From Chthonomonadales bacterium (GTDB taxonomy: Bacteria > Armatimonadota > Chthonomonadetes > Chthonomonadales > Chthonomonadaceae), in contig JBBQPO010000115.1 of assembly GCA_038217285.1 (NCBI GenBank), positions 1 through 18,152 on the forward strand: a stretch of DNA of 18,152 nucleotides. Reading direction: 5' to 3'. A program made the position numbers and the translations under genes. Every line of letters begins with the position of its first letter. Within the stretch, counting starts at the first letter, position 1. Of the stretch, positions 1 to 7,100 are shown one piece after another. A model generated the notes under the pieces. It did not search any database, was not told where the DNA came from, and saw only the letters and a program-made list of their open reading frames with translations.

Positions 1-219
1 TTTGTCCGCTTCCCCATCGATGTGTTGTTTCTGGATGCACAGAGCACGGTCATCCGGCTCGTTCCGGCCCTGGCTCTCTGGCGAATTTATGGTCCGGTGC
101 GCGGGGCGAAGTCCGTGGTGGAACTGCCTGCAGGAACGCTGCGTCAAAAGCAGATAGTGATCGGGCAACGGTTCACAGTCCATCGCACGGAAGCCGAGAT
201 TCCAGGCGACCGGACTTGA
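1..219 (+). CDS. DUF192-family protein, C-terminal part (5' truncated by window edge)
   Basis: Frame 1 from base 1 reads FVRFPIDVLFLD...LWR...AKSVVELPAGT...IG, matching the recalled DUF192 pattern (RFPIDxxFLD ... VxELPAG); stop TGA at 217-219. Confidence 0.75.
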   Translation, partial: FVRFPIDVLFLDAQSTVIRLVPALALWRIYGPVRGAKSVVELPAGTLRQKQIVIGQRFTVHRTEAEIPGDRT

Positions 220-286
220 CGACAACCGGGCCGCTTTCCAATTCGTAGGAAATCAGCGTTACCTTACAACAGAAAAGAGACGCGCC

Positions 287-1843
287 ATGTTTACGCCTTT
301 CAAAAACGAACCGTATGTTAATTTTGCCGACGAGACGCCGCGCCGCCGCATGGAAGAGGCGCTGGCGCGCGTGGCCAGAGAGCTCGGCAAGTCCTATCCC
401 CTCGTTATCGGAGGTGAGCGCATCGAGCGCGCCCATAAGACGGTCAGCCGTAACCCCGCTAAACTTACCCAGATCATCGGTGAAGTGAGCGACGCGACGG
501 AAGCAGATGCCGACCATGCTGTAGAGGTCGCCGCAGAAGCGTTCAAGACGTGGTCTCGCACCCCCGCCGAAGTCCGCGCCCGGTACCTGATCAAGGTTGC
601 GGCGATTCTGCGCCGCCGTATCTACGAGTTTTCCGCCTGGATGGTCTACGAATCGAGCAAGAACTGGCTGGAAGCCTATGCCGACGCCGCCGAAGCCGTG
701 GACTTCCTGGAGTTCTACGCCCGGGAAGCGGTGCGCTGGGAGACCCCCCACCCGACCACGTTTTTCGCCGGAGAAGAGAACGAAATACGCTACTTTCCGC
801 TGGGCGTAGGCGTCGTCATCTCGCCGTGGAACTTCCCTCTGGCGATCATGGCTGGAATGACGGTCGCCGCTGCCGCGGCGGGCAATACCGTCATTATGAA
901 ACCGGCGGAGCAGACCCCGGTGATCGCCGCACGGTTCTTCGAGATCCTGGAGTCGGTCGGATTCCCACCGGGAGTCATCAATTTCCTGCCCGGTCCCGGC
1001 GAGATCGTCGGTGAGAAGCTGACGGGACATCCGGGCGTCCGTTTTGTCGCCTTCACGGGCAGTCGGGATGTGGGCCTGCATATCAATCAGCGGATCGCGA
1101 CGCACCAGACGGGTCAGAAGTGGATCAAGCGCGGCATTCTGGAGATGGGCGGCAAGGACGCCATCGTCGTAGATGAGGACGTCAATCTCGACGCGGTGGC
1201 GCAGGGCGTGGTCGACTCGGCGTTCGGCTTTCAGGGCCAGAAGTGCTCCGCCTGCTCCCGCCTGATCGCCCACACCAAAGTCTATGATGCGCTGTTGGAA
1301 AAGGTCGTGGAGCGCGCTTCGAAACTGACCATTGGCGACCCGACCCAGCACAATAACTTCATGGGAGCGGTGATCGACAGCGACGCCTTCAAGAAGATCA
1401 TCTCGTATATCGCGATCGGTGCGAGCGAAGGCCGGGTCGTTCTCGGCGGGCAGCGCGACGAACCTAATCAGGAGGGCGGCTATTTCCTGCATCCGACGAT
1501 CATCGCCGATGTGGCCCCGAACGCCCGGATCGCGCAGGAGGAGATCTTCGGGCCGGTCCTGACCGTCCTGCGCGCCGACAACTTCGACCATGCGCTCGAG
1601 ATCGCCAACGGAACGGCCTACGGACTGACGGGGGCGCTCTACTCCAACAGTCGGGACCATCTGGAACGCGCCCGCCACGAGTTCCACGTCGGCAACCTCT
1701 ACCTGAACCGCAAATGCACCGGGGCGCTCGTGGACGTACAGCCGTTCGGAGGTTTCAACCTATCGGGGACGAACAGCAAAGCGGGAGGACGCGACTATCT
1801 TGGCCTCTTCCTTCAAGCCAAATCCGTCTGCGAACGCTGGTAG
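287..1843 (+). CDS. pruA: 1-pyrroline-5-carboxylate (L-glutamate gamma-semialdehyde) dehydrogenase, RocA/PruA type
   Basis: 518 aa ALDH fold: FKNEP N-terminus, ISPWNFPLAI, FTGS, catalytic EMGGK and FQGQKCSACSR, EEIFGPV, NRKCTGALVDVQPFGGF..SGTNSKAGG, typical of P5C dehydrogenases. Confidence 0.93.
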   Translation: MFTPFKNEPYVNFADETPRRRMEEALARVARELGKSYPLVIGGERIERAHKTVSRNPAKLTQIIGEVSDATEADADHAVEVAAEAFKTWSRTPAEVRARYLIKVAAILRRRIYEFSAWMVYESSKNWLEAYADAAEAVDFLEFYAREAVRWETPHPTTFFAGEENEIRYFPLGVGVVISPWNFPLAIMAGMTVAAAAAGNTVIMKPAEQTPVIAARFFEILESVGFPPGVINFLPGPGEIVGEKLTGHPGVRFVAFTGSRDVGLHINQRIATHQTGQKWIKRGILEMGGKDAIVVDEDVNLDAVAQGVVDSAFGFQGQKCSACSRLIAHTKVYDALLEKVVERASKLTIGDPTQHNNFMGAVIDSDAFKKIISYIAIGASEGRVVLGGQRDEPNQEGGYFLHPTIIADVAPNARIAQEEIFGPVLTVLRADNFDHALEIANGTAYGLTGALYSNSRDHLERARHEFHVGNLYLNRKCTGALVDVQPFGGFNLSGTNSKAGGRDYLGLFLQAKSVCERW

Positions 1844-1852
1844 AGAGACAAC

Positions 1853-1886
1853 AAAAAAGACAGGGGAGCCTGAAAACTCCCCTGTC
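1853..1886 (-). terminator. Intrinsic terminator between convergent pruA and HIT genes
   Basis: Perfect 10-bp stem GACAGGGGAG (1859-1868) / CTCCCCTGTC (1877-1886), 8-nt loop; A6 at 1853-1858 gives a U-tract on the minus strand. May act in both directions. Confidence 0.85.
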
Positions 1887-1910
1887 GCCTATGATATTGC
1901 GGTGAGACGG

Positions 1911-2252
1911 TCAGCCCGGAGGCCACTGCAGGAAGCGCCCGCCCAGCAGATGAAAGTGCAGATGCGCCACCGTCTGCCCCCCGTTTTCGCCGGTGTTGAC
2001 CACGACCCGAAATCCCGCTGATGCCAGATCGAGCGCCAGTGCCGTTTTTTTGACCGCTTCGATCGCTCGGCCCATGATCTCTGTATCGGTAACCTCCATG
2101 AGTGTCGCGAAATGCGCCTTTGGGATGAGCAACACGTGCACCGGCGCCTGTGGGTTCATGTCATGGAACGCCATGAACTCGGCATCCTCGTATACAGGCG
2201 TGACCGGAATCTGCCGTGACGCTATTTTACAGAAAATACAGTTCTCCGCCAT
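1911..2252 (-). CDS. hinT: Histidine triad (HIT/Hint) nucleotide-binding protein
   Basis: CIFCKI N-terminus, DMNPQAPVHVLLIPK, GQTVAHLHFHLLGGR histidine triad, WPPG C-terminus. Confidence 0.93.
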   Translation of the reverse strand: MAENCIFCKIASRQIPVTPVYEDAEFMAFHDMNPQAPVHVLLIPKAHFATLMEVTDTEIMGRAIEAVKKTALALDLASAGFRVVVNTGENGGQTVAHLHFHLLGGRFLQWPPG

Positions 2253-2342
2253 TCGTGTGGTGCCCCCGGATAGTATGATAGCTTATTCTTACGGGTCTGC
2301 CACCCTCTGGCGATGCGTGCATCGACTATAAGCGCTGCGTCA

Positions 2343-2876
2343 CTATCCGCCGTTGTTGGCGGAAGTATCGGCAGCCTGCAACGCCAGGGCGTTGTCCATT
2401 TCGGACATTTTTTTGAGGCGGCGCTCCCACCGTTTGTGAATGACATCCCGTACTTCACGACCGATCAGAATGATGCGACCGCTATGACCGTGGGTAGGAG
2501 TGCCGGTGATGAAGTGATAGATCACCTCGTCGTCACCGATCTCGCGCTGAACGTAGGCGATGTTTTCGGAAGCGCGCGAACCCCACCAGGCATAGAAGAC
2601 GCCGTCCAGGTCGAAGAGAGTTGTCACCGGCTTGACGACCTCGTAGCGTGCCACGATCTCGGTTTCGGTGGAGACGAACATACCGCGTCCGACCAGACCG
2701 AACTTGCGGCTGATCCGCATACTGTCCTTTTCAGGAATGGTCAGATCCGCCGCGAAGCCGTTTTGATTCTTGACGCTGTTCAGCCATTGGTCGCCGTAGC
2801 GCTTTGCCAGTAGTGATTTCATCTCATCTAACATAGCCTGTATCAACACCTCCTGTGAATTTGCGAGGTCTAACAT
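2343..2876 (-). CDS. Hypothetical protein (177 aa; alternative start ATG 2835)
   Basis: Protein-like ORF filling the gap between co-oriented TolB-like and HIT genes; AGGAGGTG lies upstream of the ATG at 2835. No family recognised. Confidence 0.7.
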   Translation of the reverse strand: MLDLANSQEVLIQAMLDEMKSLLAKRYGDQWLNSVKNQNGFAADLTIPEKDSMRISRKFGLVGRGMFVSTETEIVARYEVVKPVTTLFDLDGVFYAWWGSRASENIAYVQREIGDDEVIYHFITGTPTHGHSGRIILIGREVRDVIHKRWERRLKKMSEMDNALALQAADTSANNGG

Positions 2877-2904
2877 GAGCGTCTATGCTCTGGCTCCTCG
2901 CTCG

Positions 2905-4026
2905 CTAAGGAGCCCAGTCTGCGATAAAGACATTGGTCTCATGGGGCTGTTTGCCGTTCCGATTGGAAGCCCACACGAACTTTTTCCCGTCCGGACTGAA
3001 AGTGGGAAAGCCATCGAACTGGCCGCCATAGGTGAGGCGTTCCAGTCCGCTCCCGTTCAGGTTCATTTTGTAAACCTCGAACTTGCGGCGTTGCTTATCC
3101 TCTCGGTTTGAGGCGAACACCAGCCCTTTGCCGTCCGGCGTCCAGCTCGGGGCGAAACTCGCGATATTCTCTTTGCGGTTGTCGGTCAACCGGCGCATAT
3201 GCGACCCGTCGGCATCCATGACGTAGAGATCTAAGGTTGTCGGTCGGATCAGATGCTGTGCCAGCAGCGACTTGTAGTCGGCGATCTCCTCCGGCGTCTC
3301 CGGATGATAGGCGCGGAAGGCGATCCTTTTGCCGTCCGGTGACCACCAGGGACCACCATCGTAGCCGAGGGTATGGGTCAGTTGCTTCGGATGCGTCCCG
3401 TCGCTGTTCATCACCCAGATGTCCAGGTCGCCGCCCCGGTCACTCGTAAAGACGATTTTCTTGCCATTAGGCGACAATACCGATTCCGCGTTGTAGCCCA
3501 CCGTCTCTCCCGGCTTGAGCTCCTTCGGAAAGAGCGGCTTGAGATCGGAGCCGTCCGGCTTCGCGGTGTAGATCCGATAGGTCGGATAGACGGGCCACAC
3601 ATAACCTTTCGAGAAGTCGGGTTTCGGCGGCGGGGCCGGGTCGGAGCCGTGGGTGGAAGAGAACAGCACTCTTCGGTCCTGATCCATCCAGAGCCCGCAG
3701 GTAGTCCGGCCTGTGCCGGTGCTGACGCGATGCACCTGTGTGCCGTCGATGTTCATGACATACTGCTGGTCGCAGTCGTAGCCGTCTCGGGTACTCTGAA
3801 AGATAAGCCGTTTGCCGTCCGCGCTGAAGTAGGCTTCCGCATTCTGCCCGCCGAAGGTCAACTGGCGAACATTCTTCAGATGCGTTTCGTTCGGTTCCGG
3901 CAGGGAGGGATTCTGCGGACGGTTGGCGTCGGTTTGCGCAATGACAGGCGAGAGAGCCGGCAGACCGGCAGCGGCGACAAGGCCGAGGATGCCCCACAGG
4001 GGGCGACGAGAAAAGAGAGGTTTCAT
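2905..4026 (-). CDS. Secreted TolB-like PD40/WD40 beta-propeller protein
   Basis: N-terminal signal peptide; repeated blades FSADGK, LSPNGK, WSPDGK, WTPDGK, FSPDGK; RQLTFGGQNAEAYFS start and NVFIADW end typical of stand-alone PD40 proteins. Confidence 0.88.
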   Translation of the reverse strand: MKPLFSRRPLWGILGLVAAAGLPALSPVIAQTDANRPQNPSLPEPNETHLKNVRQLTFGGQNAEAYFSADGKRLIFQSTRDGYDCDQQYVMNIDGTQVHRVSTGTGRTTCGLWMDQDRRVLFSSTHGSDPAPPPKPDFSKGYVWPVYPTYRIYTAKPDGSDLKPLFPKELKPGETVGYNAESVLSPNGKKIVFTSDRGGDLDIWVMNSDGTHPKQLTHTLGYDGGPWWSPDGKRIAFRAYHPETPEEIADYKSLLAQHLIRPTTLDLYVMDADGSHMRRLTDNRKENIASFAPSWTPDGKGLVFASNREDKQRRKFEVYKMNLNGSGLERLTYGGQFDGFPTFSPDGKKFVWASNRNGKQPHETNVFIADWAP

Positions 4027-4307
4027 CTAGCAAATTTCCTGTTGCAGGTCATGGCGAAGGGTCGATTTTCCTCTCTGCGTGAACTCCTACGATGGAGCGC
4101 TGTGCCGAAAATACGGTGGCAGGAAGAGAAGTCTGCCGCGCGGCAGTTCTTAGGAAAGGAACGTCCGGCGGGAATTCGCACACAGAGGCAGACAGGAAGC
4201 GTCAGGGCGACCGTGGGAAGTGAAGCCGGACGCGTCAGCGGCAACCGGCAAGGAGGTTTGTGCGACGCGGCATTTCATTCGTGGAAAGCGGCGGCGTCTT
4301 GGGGAAT

Positions 4308-4337
4308 AGAATAACACAAAAGTCGCGTGGAGTGCAA
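4308..4337 (-). promoter_or_regulatory. Putative sigma70 promoter for the TolB-like/orphan/HIT genes
   Basis: Minus strand TTGCAC (4337-4332), 18-nt spacer ending in TGT (extended -10 TGn), then TATTCT (4313-4308). Confidence 0.5.
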
Positions 4338-4342
4338 GTGTT

Positions 4343-4360
4343 TTGAGAAATATTTCACAA
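4343..4360. promoter_or_regulatory. Palindromic operator, Rex-like (or CRP-family)
   Basis: TTGAGAA-ATAT-TTCACAA differs by one base from the Rex consensus TTGTGAA-N4-TTCACAA and also fits TGTGA-N6-TCACA with one mismatch. Confidence 0.5.
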
Positions 4361-4396
4361 GCGAACGAGCGAAACTCTTCTCAAAACCGGTAAAAA

Positions 4397-4468
4397 TGGG
4401 CCCAGCGGGTTTCGAACCTGCAACCAACCAGTTATGAGCCGGGCGCTCTACCGTTGAGCTATGGGCCC
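4397..4468 (-). tRNA. tRNA with CAT anticodon, most likely tRNA-Ile2 (lysidine type); CCA not encoded
   Basis: Reverse complement GGGCCCA TA GCTC AACGGTA GAGC G CCCGG CTCATAA CTGGT TGGTT GCAGG TTCGAAA CCCGC TGGGCCC A folds as a cloverleaf. Paired G1-C72 excludes fMet; GGGCCCA acceptor with C4-G69 and A73 fits Ile2. Confidence 0.92.
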
Positions 4469-4486
4469 TCACCGATGCACAACAAC

Positions 4487-4515
4487 AGTGTACCCGTCCG
4501 ATCTAGGACTGTCAA
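4487..4515 (-). promoter_or_regulatory. Sigma70 promoter of the tRNA
   Basis: Minus strand TTGACA (4515-4510), 17-nt spacer, TACACT (4492-4487), 18 nt upstream of the tRNA 5' end. Confidence 0.85.
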
Positions 4516-4925
4516 GAGTTGAATGTGATTTGTGGCATGCGGTGCGAATTGGCTCATTACGGTCTTGAAGCTCCTGTGCAGTAACCATTACGGGCATAGT
4601 TGTCATGATTGACAATCTGGTAAGTGACGCAATCTACTCCCTACGCAAAGACGGCTCTTGTTGCTTCACGATTGAAAAACGGAAGAACGCAAGTGCCGGA
4701 ATCGCGAAATATAAATGCAAAGGCAGGCGATGTTCTTTCCGGCCAATCGTATTATATTATTGTATAGTGATATTTAGGCGCAAGCGTGACGCAAACACTG
4801 GGTAGGCAAGCGATGACTGCTGCAAAGTGGTTGGCTCTCAGATTTCTCTGGAAGATCTCTGTGCGGGGGTGGTCTGCGCCGCTATGTGCTCAAATCATGA
4901 CAATGTCATGCAGAAGGAGGCTATT

Positions 4926-5660
4926 GTGACACACCGCACATGCAGAGCAGGCTTTACCCTGGTCGAGCTACTAGTCGTTATCGCAATAATTGCGATACTG
5001 GCAGCGATTCTCTTCCCAGTTTTCGCCCAAGCCAGAGAGAAGGCGCGACAGACTTCGTGTCTCTCCAACAACAAACAGTATGCGGAAGCCATCCTAATGT
5101 ACGTGCAGGACTCCGACGAGACGATGCCGATGTCGATCTACCCGACGACTTCGGGAATCGTCACTATCTATCTCTTGGTGGACCCCTACATCAAGAACAA
5201 GCAGATCGCTGTCTGTCCTTCCGCCCCAACCGCGATGTTGCTGTCGCAAGTCGTCGGCTACCCCGCGCCGAATACGCCCATCTACACCTCGTACGGCGCG
5301 AATATCGGCCTATTCATCACCAATGGTTTTGGTGGGCCGATCATTGGGCCGCCGACGCTAGCTGCCATACCGCGCGTTTCCGACACCATCATGACCTACG
5401 ACGCCAACGTGACCGAAGGCCCCAATATGTCCAGAGAACTGATCGTGCAGGCACGGCATACCGGAACGTTCGTCGCCAACTATGTGGACGGACACGCCAG
5501 ATCCATCGGGGCGACCGATACCAGAACACAGACACCCCAGCTCAAGGTTAGCCCGGATGGATCTCTCAGCAACGGGCCCGCGCTCGAACTCTACACCGTT
5601 AGCGCGCAAGGCGGATACTACCAGGGCATGAACGCCTGCTTTGGTATCCCACAAGATTGA
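4926..5660 (+). CDS. Prepilin-type N-terminal cleavage/methylation domain protein with DUF1559 and H-X9-DG motif
   Basis: G^[40 protein letters not shown]-terminal [13 protein letters not shown]. Start set at GTG 4926, after AGGAGG at 4915-4920 (244 aa) rather than the ORF-track start at 4827. Confidence 0.92.
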   Translation: MTHRTCRAGFTLVELLVVIAIIAILAAILFPVFAQAREKARQTSCLSNNKQYAEAILMYVQDSDETMPMSIYPTTSGIVTIYLLVDPYIKNKQIAVCPSAPTAMLLSQVVGYPAPNTPIYTSYGANIGLFITNGFGGPIIGPPTLAAIPRVSDTIMTYDANVTEGPNMSRELIVQARHTGTFVANYVDGHARSIGATDTRTQTPQLKVSPDGSLSNGPALELYTVSAQGGYYQGMNACFGIPQD

Positions 5661-5829
5661 TTGCAGGATGAGCCGCCTGTCAATTCTCTCAAATTCTCCA
5701 GGAAAGCAGGGACATGGAATCGTTAAAATGTGTCGGCGTGTGAAAGTCTGCTCACGTCAGTCTATGCGTGAAGTTGCGCGACGATACGCCGGGGCAAGCG
5801 TCTTTAGCAACTGGAAGGAAACATTCAAT

Positions 5830-6603
5830 ATGCAGGAAGTAACTGTCAGTCAATTCTCTCTTGTGTACAACGCATTCTCATTTACAATTGCCGTGATGGT
5901 GGCGGCGACGGTGTTCTTCTTCATGAACCGTTCTCAGGTAGCGCCTGCTTACCGGACGGCCATCACGATCACCGGTCTCGTCACCATGATCGCCGGTTAT
6001 CACTATTTCCGGATCTTTAACAGTTGGGACTCGTCCTTTACCGTCTTGAACGGCACCATCAAGCCGACTGGAGCGGGATTCAACGACGCCTATCGCTACG
6101 TCGACTGGCTGCTTACCGTGCCGTTACTGCTGATCGAGTTGATCCTCGTGATGCGACTGTCTCCTGCAGAGTCGACTGTCAAGGCGACCAAGCTCGGAGT
6201 GCTTGCGGCGCTCATGGTCATTCTGGGTTATCCGGGAGAGGTCTCCAATGTGCCGGGAACCCGCTGGCTGTGGTGGTCGCTGGCAATGATCCCCTTCATG
6301 ATCATTGTCTTCGAGCTGTTCGTCGGCCTCAAAAAGTCGCTTGGCGAGCAGCCCATTGCGGCGCGTGGCCTGATCAACTCCGCACGCTGGCTCACCATCG
6401 TCTCCTGGTGCTTCTATCCCGTGGTCTTCGTATTCCCGATGATCGGTTTTACCGGCGGTGGCGCAGTAACAGCCGTGCAAGTTGGCTACACCATCTCCGA
6501 CATCGTTGCCAAAGCTGTGTTCGGTGTGCTGATCTACAGCATCGCCGTACGCAAATCGGCAACGGACACTCTCACAAGCGCCCCCGCCCGGGCAGTCGCC
6601 TGA
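5830..6603 (+). CDS. Microbial rhodopsin, xanthorhodopsin clade, DTE-type light-driven proton pump
   Basis: 257 aa with about seven hydrophobic helices; GYHYFRIFNSW (His58), FNDAYRYVDWLLTVPLLLIE (D92, T96, E103), LGYPGE, WCFYP, SDIVAK (D224, Schiff-base K228). ATG 5830 follows GGAAGGAA. Confidence 0.95.
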   Translation: MQEVTVSQFSLVYNAFSFTIAVMVAATVFFFMNRSQVAPAYRTAITITGLVTMIAGYHYFRIFNSWDSSFTVLNGTIKPTGAGFNDAYRYVDWLLTVPLLLIELILVMRLSPAESTVKATKLGVLAALMVILGYPGEVSNVPGTRWLWWSLAMIPFMIIVFELFVGLKKSLGEQPIAARGLINSARWLTIVSWCFYPVVFVFPMIGFTGGGAVTAVQVGYTISDIVAKAVFGVLIYSIAVRKSATDTLTSAPARAVA

Positions 6604-6614
6604 GCGTCGACCTC

Positions 6615-6648
6615 AAAAAGTCTCCGGTCCCCCTGCAAGGCCGGAGAC
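6615..6648 (-). terminator. Hairpin terminator downstream of rhodopsin, U-tract on the minus strand
   Basis: Stem GTCTCCGG (6620-6627) / CCGGAGAC (6641-6648), extendable by T-G and C-G pairs; AAAAA at 6615-6619. Confidence 0.7.
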
Positions 6649-6780
6649 GAATCTATCTGCTGCCCCAAGTCGCACCTTCTGGCGCCACACCCCACGGCCC
6701 AAAGTATTCGCCATTGATCGCGTGGAGGAATCACCCGCAGATTCCGGACAATCTGGGCGAAACAACCTCATCCCCAATGG

Positions 6781-6888
6781 TCATAGTCGAGAGCGACGCA
6801 TCCATTTCGTCGGTGAGCGCCAGGTCGCGCTCTTGGGGGAGAGTCCCCAGTGTTCGAGCCGTTCGCCTGTTTGCCAGACACGTTTCAT
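6781..6888 (-). CDS. Possible 35-aa small protein or gene remnant
   Basis: GGAGG (6899-6895) 6 nt before ATG 6888; MKRVWQTGERLEHWGLSPKSATWRSPTKWMRRSRL. No family recognised. Confidence 0.3.
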   Translation of the reverse strand: MKRVWQTGERLEHWGLSPKSATWRSPTKWMRRSRL

Positions 6889-7024
6889 GTTGGACCTCCA
6901 GAGAAAATCGAAATGGGAGGCCACTGAATGTGCAGCCTCCCGCTCCGTCCTTTGGGGTCTACCTGATGACAATTTGTCTACTATCCGTGGCGGCTGGTGA
7001 CAGCTATGCTCGTACTACCCCGAA

Positions 7025-7053
7025 TTGACACGACGAACCGTGAGGGGTATACT
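7025..7053 (+). promoter_or_regulatory. Sigma70 promoter of guaB
   Basis: TTGACA (7025-7030), 17-nt spacer, TATACT (7048-7053). Confidence 0.88.
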
Positions 7054-7100
7054 GTCCTACTCTTTGGATGGACTTGGCAGGGAACGAGGGGGTCAGAAAC

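Noticed and set aside
173-1687. 504-aa minus-strand ORF
   Set aside because: Antisense shadow of the well-supported P5C dehydrogenase; no recognisable motifs; expected in GC-rich DNA.
4023-4244. 73-aa minus ORF overlapping the TolB-like start (ATGA)
   Set aside because: TTG start with no clear RBS and no recognisable protein features.
5641-5829. 63-aa N-terminal extension of the rhodopsin in the ORF track
   Set aside because: TTG start overlaps the upstream gene; ATG 5830 has an RBS and matches the usual family start.
4397-7020. tRNA-anchored integrative island carrying the rhodopsin
   Set aside because: The tRNA 3' end points away from the rhodopsin; I saw no integrase and no duplicated tRNA 3' fragment.
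6024-7028. 334-aa alternative-frame ORF overlapping the rhodopsin
   Set aside because: Arg-rich off-frame translation with no motifs or RBS.
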